Positions 33,031 to 44,709 of a DNA stretch of 64,000 bases are shown here, piece after piece. The stretch is from Neophaeotheca triangularis. Taxonomy: Eukaryota. The stretch lies in NCBI GenBank assembly GCA_054600435.1, contig BAAIJX010000021.1, forward strand, positions 1 to 64,000. Reading direction: 5' to 3'. Made by a program: the position numbers and the translations under genes. Below the pieces are notes generated by a model. It saw only the letters and a list, made by a program, of their open reading frames with translations, did not search any database and was not told where the DNA came from. The stretch's first letter is position 1. Every line of letters starts with the position of its first letter.

Positions 33031-36000
33031 TCATTTCGAGACCTTGATTGGCTTCGTCCGCCCCCTATATTTCCTTGGGTCTGGCGGCGAGGAATGTCAG
33101 CACCTCAACATTCGATAGAAGTCAACATACACGAAACGTACCTTTCTTGGACATTCTCGCAGGATCTCTGGTGCCCTTGCCGCCTTCCCAAAAGCCAGAG
33201 CCTTTCTTTCCTACCAAAACGGCATGACACGTGGCACAGTCATCGGGCCTGAAGTTCTGTTCTCGAGAGCCTGGCGTAGCAAAAGGTTAGTTGGCACAGT
33301 GTCAGTAGCGATACTACTGCGTGCCTCGTTCCGAGGTTGAAGGTCAAAAAAAGCACCGCCACACGCTGCTCCATCAAACAACATGTTCGTATTCTCCGGG
33401 ATCGATTTGGAAAATGCTTACAATAACCACTAGAAAAACGTTAGCCTCGTGATCTGTTTGTCATTCGTGCCGTGAGGTGAAAAGAAGCGATTGATGACAC
33501 AGCATCACGATGACCCGGGTATGGCAGGCAAGGTACCCTTGCAGTGACAACCAAACCTTCTTCACGTCTGGGGGACGCCGGCAATTACCTTCCATCCCCG
33601 TTTCCGGATGCGCGCATGTTCGTACAGCCCGTCTGCGAATGGAGACAACTCCGGTCCTTTCGTACCCCAGATCGGAGATGTGGAGGACAACGCTAGTGTC
33701 GCCTTGCCCAGAAAGGCGGGGAAAGGAAGCTCGGGGGACGCAGAGAGTTACGCTTGTGAGGCGAGGACAAACTTACCATAACATCCTGTTGGCATGCTCG
33801 TTCGGGTGATCGCTCGCTTCGTCGTGACACCTTTTGCGCGCTGTTAGCAAAGCCAGCAGCCGAGGTCGTCACATTTGACATTACCTGTCGCACGGGTACA
33901 CCTTGTCGCAGCACGAAAACCTGAAATTGGCTCTGTCAGCGAGTGCCGAACATCAAGCCCCCCAATGTCACTAGCTAAACGGTAAATGGCGGCGCAAGAG
34001 TGCTCCCAGGGCATTCGGGAATAATCGAGTGATGAGCGGTCACCTGAGCATGACATCCTTCCCCCACGTAAATTGGCAATCATGTCTCGGACACAGCTCC
34101 CAATGTGCGCCAGAAGAGTAAGTTACGTACCGGAACCAGCGATAGCTTTTGGCGTAATGCTTGCAACGTCCGCCACGGGGAAGAGGACTCCCGGCGGTAA
34201 CGCCGAGATTCTCCTTGACCTGATTACATGGACGTCAGCGTTTAACATGCGGAGGTTCTGCCCCCGTACTCGCACAATACTGGATGCGGCTCCAGACATC
34301 TCTAGCACATCTACATCAATGCAATCCTGGCGCTTTGTCAGGGCATTTGATGATCGACCGAGCACAAGCGGGAAGGGTAGCCGGTCGATTATTACTTGGA
34401 TGCTCTATGCTGGGAGACTGAAAAGGAGGCACACATACCTTACGCTGAGGCGCTCGGGTTGCTCGAGCTGGGAGGCATGTCAGCGACTCTTGAGCATCGG
34501 GATCATATGGGTCAAGTAACGGAGCACCAACCTGCCGCCTGGCTTATTTGCAGGAACCTCACTTCCGGTATACGAAAACCTTCAATTTGTTAGACAAGTT
34601 AGGCGGATTCCAGTGATTGGTGTTACGCCGCAGGCATTAACGTACTCATTCTGTGATGGCACTCTCGACAATTTGCCATTGCTGACTCTCCTCTGACGGA
34701 AACGAGGCCAGGCGCCGGGAATGCGGTAGAGCACTCCGAACAGGTGGGTACGAAGTGACTAATTTGTGTCAGTGCCACTGCTACGGCTTTAATAGAATCT
34801 TGTCATAGCGATGAGACGGTACCTTGGAAGCATGTCAATAACCGTGGCGTTGTCCAGGTCCAGATAGCCAGCCCTCGCAGAATGCTCGTGCATGAGATCC
34901 ATCCTGAAGCCTACGACGAGAGCTTGAGCGCACTTCTTGCAGCTCTCTTGGCGGCTTCCTGCGAGGTCGCCTTTTGAGTTATTGCGTAGCTTTTCGACAT
35001 CTTTGGTGTCCTTGCAACGCTGGCACTTGATCGTGAGAGACAATGATGTGAGCTCTAGGAGCTCAATGCCATGTAACTCAAGTTGTGGGAAGGAGAGGAG
35101 GATGCCTCGTTCTGCTGGGGCTGAGGTCACAGGTATTTCTTCTGCAGCAACGTCATCTTCTGTCTCGTCACCGGTGTCATAGGAGTAGTCGCTGTTGCTG
35201 GCTGTATCCTCGGCTGACTCGACTCCTTGTACTGTCCACTCTGGAGGCCGGGGGATATGGATTATGTGCCCACGGTCAGAGTCACCAGAAGCATTGGCGT
35301 CCTGATTCGTGACTGGAGCTTTAGGCGTCTGATCCAGGTTGGCGGGGCGTGGTGCCGATTGAGGGGCATGGACTGGCTGGACAGAAGAAGTGGTCTTGCC
35401 CAGTTTAGCCATGTCTGCAATGTGTGTTGTAGTGTAATTAATAAGCTGTGTCAAAGTGGCATCCTTCGTCACAGAAGCATGATCCAGAAACGCTTGCTCA
35501 ACGGCTCGAGCCTCTTCGCTGTCACTGCTTAGATGGATAGAGCACGGCTGTAGTGGGTAGGCCTCTGGTAAGATCAAGGTGAAAGTCCGCAAGTTTTGCA
35601 AGGAGCTCGGCCATTTTGACTTTTTTGGCGATTCGAGTGGTAACGTGTAGTTGAGTCCATCAGTTGACTTGTTGAAGCCTGGAACCTTTCCGAAACGAGC
35701 ATCCAGCTGTCGAGCTGCTGTCCGTCGCTTCTCGCTTGCTGCTGTTCTTTGCGCCTCGCTATACACTTCTTGACGTGGCGCTGGTCGTTCTGGGATCGTC
35801 CGGGAAGGCGGTGCAGGAGGTTGTTTGGTCTGCGGCTTGGGAGGTTCGCGATTCGAGACGATCTTAATCGTTTCTGCCATTCGCCCCGAGAGTATTTGGT
35901 CAAGCTGTTTGTCCAGGCGGTTGAACAAGGCCAGGAGGGTGGCATGAGGGGCAGCATCCAAGATCTGATCAAAGCCTTTTTCGATGTTGATCTGGAACCC

Positions 36001-36577
36001 GCGAGGAATTTCATTGTTGGTGACACGCAACGTAGGCCTATCAGTGGAAGGATAGCCCTGTGGCACTGAAAGCGAGCACTGAAGGGCATCGATCTCGTAT
36101 GGAAAGTCTGGATCGCTGGGAACGAGGCTGAATTTGAGCTCGGTCTTTTCGTCGCTGTCCGTAACGCTGGGCTTAAAGCGCCTCTGCAATTGCCCAATCT
36201 GAAAGCCACGGGGATCTTCTACCTGTGCTGAAGGAATAGGTCTAGTCGCGGCCCTTGTCTGATCAGATCCAATGGGCTCGGTCTTGACTGAAGAATGTGG
36301 CACATCGCTGTTGACTGGTGCGTTTTGCAAAGGCTTCCCAGATGGCTCCTTTGGGTGTCTGAACGGGCAAGCATCTCCCGCTCGGCATCCTGTCGAGTGT
36401 CAGAAATATAGTTATATCTGAGGATAGGAAGTGAAGCGGTGTTCCGTCAGGCATTGATCATTTCTTACCTTTCTTCGTGGCATAGAATCGACAGGTCTGA
36501 CTTTTCTTTGGCTGCGGCCCTTCACTCTGTTGCTCGGTACGCGGTTCCACTGGTGTTTGGCCACCAGTATCTGCCAT
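33031..36577 (-). CDS. CCCH zinc finger / RWD-like / CHY zinc finger protein, about 11 exons including an 8-nt microexon
   Basis: ATG at 36577. Spliced CCCH CRFYATKKGCRAGDACPFRH; PSDPDFPYEIDAL; CQRC..CKKC, CSEC, CREC. CHY region CKHYAKSYRWFRFSCCDKVYPCDRCHD..HANRMLCGYCSREQ..CATCH..GFWEGGKGTRD..MSKKDPRKY. Stop TGA at 33033-33031. Confidence 0.85.
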
Positions 36578-38431
36578 CTCGATGCCAATGCTGCTCAATT
36601 GGCCGCGGCGCACTTCCAAAGGTGCGGGAGGGTTGCTGTGGCGAATGGCAACCGCTAGAAGGCAGGTTGAATCGATGAGAATTCGTCAAGAGGGAGACGT
36701 AGTGATGTTGAAGTTCATTCGTCTTTTGCGCCTACCATGATTCGCATGTGAATGACAAGCTATGAGTGGGCATGACCCATGAGTGTAGTCGTAGCTAGGT
36801 ATCTTGTGAGAAGAAGGTGTTACGCTTTCAGCAACGGGAGGGCTTGAAGTTCAACGCCAAGCCCGTGCAACAAGCATTGGGCTACCACGATTTTCGACTC
36901 ATTGTGATGGATACCTAGGTAGTAACTCGACATCCAAACCAGATTCATCGGTATAAGTAAGGAGCCATCCAATCATATCATATTCTGTAAGGGTTGCAAC
37001 CCCCATCGCTGAGTTGTTTGCAAAGGCGAATAGAAGTAGTCTTGTTCAACGGCCTACTTCCACTATGCAATCCATGCTCGCCCTGGCCTAGTAAATTAAC
37101 ATAAGGCAAACCACCCACTTCCGCAGTTAACAACCTCTGTTCCGGTTCAAAATCGTGAATCTCTAGCTCCCGTAGTGCAAGAAGACTAGAACATGTCTAA
37201 TGACTAGTTAAGAAGAATGATATAGCGGTCCCACAAAGCTAATCACATCATTATGGATATCAGCGATGAAGTTGTGGATCTGTCCAGCGTCATATCTCAA
37301 ACGTCTTCTTCCATTTACCCGCATGGCTACCACACCACAACGTGCATCTGGTGCGTTTATCGGCTGTACCGCCTCAACGGTCAATGAGACAACGGCCAAC
37401 GGGGCGCAAAGTCAGCACGACCGGAGCCTGAGGTGTGTTCCGGGAGCTGGAAAATGTACACACACATGCAGTATTCAAGACGCGCTTCGCTGTGTTATTA
37501 TTGTGCTACAGTGGCTTCTACGAACTGTAGCTACTACTAGTAGCTAGCTAGCTAGTCACAACGCACAGCGAGCTTCGAGACCGGATCGGCACCCGGGGCG
37601 TCAGCGTAGCAAGTCGGTAAGTTTTGGCGGTGATATCTGGTGACGGCTTCTACTGGTCGGCGAGGCCTGTCATGCATGCCTTGCATATTGAGGCGTCCAT
37701 GAGGCGTAGACGACATGCGGGTGATTGACAGAGCAACAAATGGCGGTAAAGCCCATCAGTCCTGGTGCCGCCTCCCTCTTCCATGATGTGCTGGCGCCGG
37801 GCGAGCGCTGCTCGTGATGCAGCCACGCGTGTGTAGTAAAGAATAAGGAATGTGTGATGGAAGTAGGTTTCACAGTAGGTTTGTTGTCTCTGCGCGCTGT
37901 GCGCGATGCATCTACTCTACAGCCTTGATGCCCAGCGGGACACGGGGCTCCTCAACCATTGCTTGACCATTGCTGGTCATCAGTGAGTAGAAGCCACACC
38001 CAATGTTGTCCGCAGTCCCGCCGAGCTAATCTCCACCAATCTCCCCCGATTTTCCTCCCCGTTCGCTTGCAAGGTTGTAGTGTACAGACTGATGCCATGG
38101 CTCATGGGTCAGGTTGTAGCGCGGTGAAAGAAATCTCATAGCAATCGCTCAGAGGTCATCGATGCAAGTGAGGCCGTGAACTATGTCGTCGTGCCGAATG
38201 CTGGTGGTATCATTGATGAAAGCAGAAAAGTCTCTTTTGTGGCATCTCGCCGGGGTTGTGATGCTCCGAAGCGCAGTATCAAATCCGTGAGGATGCCTTT
38301 AAAAAAAGGCAAGGTAAAACGCCAATGGCTATGAAGTCAAAATGGTCGGAAATCGCTAGAACGCAGCATATAAAAACAATCGAGGTTTTGTTCGGTCGAG
38401 TAGTAAGTGGCATCGGAGGGCTAGTGCTTGA

Positions 38432-40162
38432 CTACCAGCCCTTCGTGTGGTATTCTTGGAGGCCGGCGTTGAAGAAATCATTGGTGTAGGTCTTCGCGCC
38501 ACTTCCTTGTTGAGAAAGGACCGGAGGCGCCGGTTCTGGGTGTTGTCGTAGGTTTTTGACATCCGTCGAGGTGTGCCTTCGTTTCATTGCGGCAAGATTG
38601 CCCGAGCTTTTGTGTTGGCGCTCCCACAGCAAGTTTTTGCGCAGCGATTCTGTTAATTCGGTCGAGAGCATGTTGCGGCGTGTCGTCCTCGGAGAAAGAG
38701 AGAGTTGTGTCGGATGCGTGTTTGATGTGGTCATGATGATGGGCTGAGATCGCTGTGGCTCCTGTTCCGGGACTTGCAGGTTTGCAGCACCTGGTTGCGG
38801 GGAGGCGGCAACTGATGGTCCGTTGGGACTAGAAGTTCTGGAGCGCCGCAGAGCTGGCGTTGACCGCGAAGCAGCATTTTGGAGCGCTTTGGCTCGATCA
38901 GGTTCGTGCATCATCGACGTGAGCAAGGACTTCCTCGAGGTCAGATTTGGCCTGGAGTCGACGCGGTGGAACAACTCTTTCTCATTGACGGAAGACGGCC
39001 CGCTAGCCTCATCAGAGTCTTCCCAGTCCGAAGAGTCGTCATCGTCGTCTATGGCACTCTCAGAAACCTCATCGTCTTCGTCATCGGATTCAAACACTGC
39101 ACTGTGCTGAGCAGCTCGTCCCTCGCTAGCATCCAACTTGAAGGATGCCATCTTTTTCGGCTTCGAGGCTTGGTCTTGCTTCCTGATGCTCTCTGAGAGC
39201 GAGCTCTTAGCGGAAGCGACCGAGTTTCCCTTCTTGTAGCGGCTCTCGAGAGAGCTTTCTTCCTCTCCAGAAGAGGTTCCAATCGTAAACATCGGGCCCT
39301 TCTTCTTCATGTTGCCCGGATGGTATGTTGGAGACGTCTTGAGAATGGGTGTCGGCTGTGCGGAGGCCAGATGAGTCTGCGATCGATACGAGGAGGGTGC
39401 GCCGCCTGGCACGAAGCCGCGAACAACGCTGTGGGTGTTGCTCATTTCGGTGGACGAGCTGTCTTGCGATCCGACGGTTTGAGAGTCTTTTGAGGTGTCA
39501 TTCGTATCGATGGTGGAAGCAGAAGAGTCGATTTTGACGGCTTGTTGGTTGGGAGCAAAAGTGTCGGCAGGCTTAACTGGCGAGTCGGACGCGGCCAGAC
39601 TAAGTTGGGAAAGCTTCTGTGAAGCGGAGTCGGAGTCTACCTGCGGAGCGGTAGCTTTGGAAGAAGGAGTGGCCATGGGAAGATCGATTGACTCCAAATC
39701 CTTAGTCTCCTTGATAGAGATTACTATCTTCTCAAGGTCAATTGGAGTAATGTGCTTCTCAAAGCCGCGACTTCGACTCGTCGTGGAGTCGTGTCGCTTC
39801 AGTGCAGGCCGGGAGTGGTCGAAGAGACATGCGGCGGGCGATGACGTTTCCTCGTTGTCGGTCTCGTCCGAGGTGGCGGACGAAAGACTACTGGAGAGGG
39901 CTGGAATGTCAGTCGCCATGGCCGCATTCGTCGAAGCACGGCGCGGCATCGACCGCGCTTGCGTCTTCGGTTCGCAGCAGAATGTCTCCCGCGTCCATAA
40001 CCTCCACGAGAGGTTTTCCAATCTCTTGCCGTCTTCCATGGCATGCGATGTCTTGGAGAACAACGACCACATGCTGTAAAGATCCTCTGTCGACGACGTG
40101 TCGATGCCAGTCAGCGCTGGACAATCGAGTCGCAGCAACGGATGCGCCTGTCTAAAAGGCAT
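38432..40162 (-). CDS. DUF1752/DUF3295 regulatory protein (Mks1-like)
   Basis: EDLYSMWSLFSK..EDGKRLENLSWRLW (DUF1752), LFHRVDSRPNLTSRKSLLT, SPRTTRRNMLSTELTESLRKNLLWERQ, C-terminal YHTKGW. Confidence 0.85.
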   Translation of the reverse strand: MPFRQAHPLLRLDCPALTGIDTSSTEDLYSMWSLFSKTSHAMEDGKRLENLSWRLWTRETFCCEPKTQARSMPRRASTNAAMATDIPALSSSLSSATSDETDNEETSSPAACLFDHSRPALKRHDSTTSRSRGFEKHITPIDLEKIVISIKETKDLESIDLPMATPSSKATAPQVDSDSASQKLSQLSLAASDSPVKPADTFAPNQQAVKIDSSASTIDTNDTSKDSQTVGSQDSSSTEMSNTHSVVRGFVPGGAPSSYRSQTHLASAQPTPILKTSPTYHPGNMKKKGPMFTIGTSSGEEESSLESRYKKGNSVASAKSSLSESIRKQDQASKPKKMASFKLDASEGRAAQHSAVFESDDEDDEVSESAIDDDDDSSDWEDSDEASGPSSVNEKELFHRVDSRPNLTSRKSLLTSMMHEPDRAKALQNAASRSTPALRRSRTSSPNGPSVAASPQPGAANLQVPEQEPQRSQPIIMTTSNTHPTQLSLSPRTTRRNMLSTELTESLRKNLLWERQHKSSGNLAAMKRRHTSTDVKNLRQHPEPAPPVLSQQGSGAKTYTNDFFNAGLQEYHTKGW

Positions 40163-43100
40163 CTTGGGCGCTGGCGGTGTGTATTCGTTGGATTGACGAC
40201 GGCAACAAACCGGTTGAGGGTAGGAGAGTGTTGTTTTGTCGATTTCAATCGGGTCCGGAAGGCCGAAAGGCGTTGGGTCAAAGACAACGCTTTAGAGAAT
40301 GGTGGCGCCAGGTACAGGATTGCTTAGCAATGTGCATCTGTGAATCGCAGACTGGAACTTCGGAAAGACGGGTCTAGGCCGCTGATGATCGATGGCGGTG
40401 AGCGTTGATCAGATAATGGCCGTTTGTCGTGTGAACGGGTGTGATTGAGGAGAATGTGTGGGCCCGTGACGAATGTCGAGTGAATGGTGATGGAGAGGGA
40501 GCGTGCGATGCTGTGGAGGGTGGGGAGCGTATGTGTGGTGGTGGTTGTGGTGGTAGTAGTAGTAGTAGTAGTAGGCGGGAGATGTCTTTGTGTCGCGCGG
40601 CGGGGATCGGTATGATAATAAAGAAAAGCAAGGCCGAGGGGGGCGAGCGTGGGCGAACAGACGCAAGCAGCGGAGACAGCAACCGATGCGACCAAAAACA
40701 AAACCTAGATTTGCCCGGAGGGACGATGAGACTTGTAAGACCAAGCTGAAGCTTCAAGCACCCCTACTGGGCTCTGGCTCTGCGCTCTACCTCTACAATC
40801 CCTGCCTTCTTCCGGTTTTCCCCCCAGGTAGCGTGCCGCCACACCAGTAGCAGCAGTAGTATCGCTCCTCGATTCCGGCCAACCTGACTCTCTTGGAATT
40901 GCGCCGGGAGTTTCTAGCCCTGTACCGGAAAAGCGGAGACCTCGGTATGTGATGGTACCGGTACAGTACTAGTACTACTAGTTATTAGTAGTAGTGAGAG
41001 GTGCCACGCCGACACGTTTTGATTTACACGGGATGAGTGATGGGGGTCGTCGCGTTCGGGCCTTTGGAATCGCCTCCCCGTTCACGTGCCTATCTTGCCA
41101 CACTAGCATACCTTACTACTCCAATCCAACTAGGTACTCGCTTGATGTGTTCTTCCTCTCCGCATCGCAATCTCGACGTACGGCTGGCTGGCTATACAGA
41201 ATGCTGGCGAATGTTGTCGGGCTACATACCAGTAGATATGCTGTATCGCATCGTGTAGCCATGGCGGCGCAAGTGCCCGCTGTTTGATCGTCTCCTGGCA
41301 TATCCGCAAGAGCAAGTGTCTGCACCTCGTTTCCCTGGGACGAGCTAACACCCTAAACCCGCTCGCCGCCAACCGTGATTTTCTGGAATATCTTGGCGGC
41401 ATGTAACCTTGTACCCGACGGCGTGTATGCGGCGCTGCGGCTGACGTGCGTGTGGACAAGCAAGCCATCCGACGCCTCCACATCCACTATTACCTACTCA
41501 AGCTACTGTATCTAGGTAGAGGTTTCCCATGGTACAGTCATCGTGCAATTCTTGCGGCATGTACCTTAGGTATTGCGACGGCATGAGATATGATACGACC
41601 GGTAGTGACAATAACGAGGATACGAACACCAAATAACAGGACGCTGGGCGTATTCGTCAGCGCTGTGCAGGATCGATCTAGAAGCCAGAAAAGGTCACAT
41701 GGTCCTCGTGCACTGCCGAGAAGCACCGTGGAGTAGCCGATGGTTGACATGTGATGTCTCCTTTTTGCAATAAAATACTACTACTACCCTTGAGTAGGTT
41801 GCCTCGAAGCAACAAGTCGAGATCGACCCCGGATCATCTTCGGCCGTCACTACCGATGGCTCTTGTCAAAGTCTCGAATGCGTCTCGTTAGTCGACTGGC
41901 CCGGGGCACTTTATTATGTGGTGCCAATAATGTCATGGAAAGAAAGAATCCAGGACTTCACTCGGCGGTTTCGCGGCCCTGGCGCCACAGGCAAACGAGG
42001 ACAACGCGCACGTGGCTCGTGACGGCCAGGTTCGATGTAGAAAGTTCCGTCTGAACTCTGACCGGCTCAAGCCGTGCCTCCGTCTTGTCTCGATTTCACC
42101 AGTGCTCGTCTCGAAGCACTTAGTACTACTCCTCAGGTCTGCCGCCTGCCTTGCTCAACAATGCTGAGTCGGCATGTTACAAGGCAAACTCTGTCAAGAA
42201 CCTTCCTCAGCTACCATAACGTTTTACGAGGTCATGCGCGCTTTGTTAAGGGCCGAAGAGCAGCAAGGCCTGAGAACGGGTAGGCCTACGTAGATGCACA
42301 AGCATCGCAGCTATCGCGATGCGTGGCCGCCCTTTGTGCACCAAGAGAGTGGTGATGATATCCGCCAATGCGGACAACACATCGTAAATGTCTTACAACT
42401 CATCGCTGTTCTGCAATTTGTGACTTCAGTCATCAAGTGGCGGTCTATAAGTTGACCTGATAGGCGTCGGTAAGCGGCCAGGCTGTGCCTGTGCCTGTGC
42501 CTGTACGACTCCGTATTATTAGGTCTAACGTATGCTGGTATTACAGTCGCACCCGGACGAGTCAGATGCGGAGTGCGGAGGATCGAACCATCTGTTGGTC
42601 GGAAGCTTTGATTCGGAAAAGTTCCATGGCCAGTTCGTTGTTCTTTTGCCGCTTTGAATCCTGCCGCAGCTGTGATGAGGCAGATGACTTGCCAGTGCCA
42701 GCGCATAGGGTGCGTGACTTGATCCTCCGCATTGCACGACTCGCTTTGGCATGCCTCCCACGCCTTCGAGCCGGGCCCCTTGATGCTGAGAATTGATCGA
42801 TGTATCGAGTCTATCGACGAGACCTTCACAAGAAGCAGTCAATCGGGTCGTTCATCATCAGCCTCTCTGCTGACTCGATCACGCTCACGTTCAAAGCTCA
42901 GGCAGTTATAGGTTCAGGTGGAGCGTGGAGGTACCGTTAGGTGCCCGGAAGTTTCTCAGGCATCTTGACTTCGACATCAATGGCCACGTGTGACTTGATG
43001 CTTTGCTATGGACTCCTTCTCAGAAACATTCGTTTTCCACCTTCCAACCTACAAGTTACAACCCCTTGCAGACGCAGTGCCAGATCGTTGTCGCAGATCC

Positions 43101-44709
43101 TTTCCTCACACCTGATTCCAGACTCGGCCAGGGCACGCTTCCATGACCTTCCCAGGTGGCACAAGAACGCTTGTATTCCTTTGCGACCTGTAGGGTTCTC
43201 GACTGCACACCGGTGACACCGCAAGACCAAGGTGAATTCTCACCACATGGAATGCTACCATTGTAATGTGTCACCACATTCGCCTGGCGGAAAAGAAACA
43301 AAGTAGGGGTGGAAAACGTACCAATGGGATCCCTCCGCGCGAGTCCAGCGTGAAGGTAAGGTTGTTTTTATACCTGTAGCCGTTCAGCCACAAGTGTGTC
43401 TCGTTTGGCAAATCATTACCCGACGCTCTGGTCATGCCTGGGGTCTAGCCGATATTCCATATGACCTACCTCGGGTGCAGACCGCCATCAAGTTTCTCGA
43501 TACAACAAAACTAGGTAACCGTACTAGAACCTAGAAAGAATAGAGTAGCACTATTTGTTTCTATCATGATCTACTCAAGGACCACGAATATCCGACACAG
43601 CAACCGTGAATCACTCGTAATTTCATACAAGGCCTGCAAGGGGACAAACACAATAAATATGGAGGCAGTTGCTCCATCACAACACCGGCTTCCTAGCCAA
43701 TGGCAACCCGACACACCCCACGTTTTTCGAGCGTGGGGTAAATATACTGTCACACAGGGCAGCCTCACAGAACACAGCATCAACACCTCAGATGACCATA
43801 GAAAAATCGATCTCCCCCCCCCCCTCTCTCTCTCCCTCTGCCACTCGACGAAACCTTAGACGCACCACCGGTAGCAGTCCCACAACCTTCATCGGCTGCG
43901 CGGCAGCGGACAGATTGGGGAAAACAACCGCCCCAATCGGGCATCGTATCGCCGCATGTGCCACCTCACGGAGGCGGCGCAAAGTCACGGCTCATTAATT
44001 TATTCTCCCCAGATACCTTCCCCTCGTCCTCACTTCCCCGAGATTGCACATGTGCTCGGTTTGCCGGGGAAGCATGGCGAGAGAGCAGCCGGGCATGCCG
44101 TCTCCCCTTGCGAAGGGAGGGGGAAGTCGGGATGCGTGTCACTGCACCGACTACCGAGGTAGCAGCCATCCCCGTCTCCCAGTGGGATGGGTGTCAGATT
44201 GGGCGTTGGTACTTGGTAGAACCGTAGAAGGGTTACGGAAGATGTCGTTGCTTTTCGCCGTTAATTTCGCGTCAAGCATGTGAACGATACTGTATGTACC
44301 ATCAGCGTTTGCCGTTTACGGAACGGCTCTCAGCGTTGGTCGAAAGTCTCCGATACTTGACGGGTATTGTTGTTGCAGGAGAGCCATTCCCGACGCGCAA
44401 GGACATGTGAACGAGAAGAACTCCCACGGCAGGCTTGCCCTTGCCTTGATAATGCAAATACACAGTCTGAAAGGTACAGTACCCACACACAAGTACTTTC
44501 GCGCTCGAAAATTGCTGCGGGCCAGCAACCGCAGAAGCAAACTTATATTATACAATCCCCGAATGCTGCCCCCCTCCTCTCCTTTGGCCCCGTGTGCGAT
44601 GCCGGATGAACGGCGAAGCAAACTGCGCCAAAAGCTTCCCTTTCCTACAGACCGTCCGCCCCTACTCTTCTGTTCCTTGAAGTCTGCCTACCACGCTCTT
44701 CACTAACCC

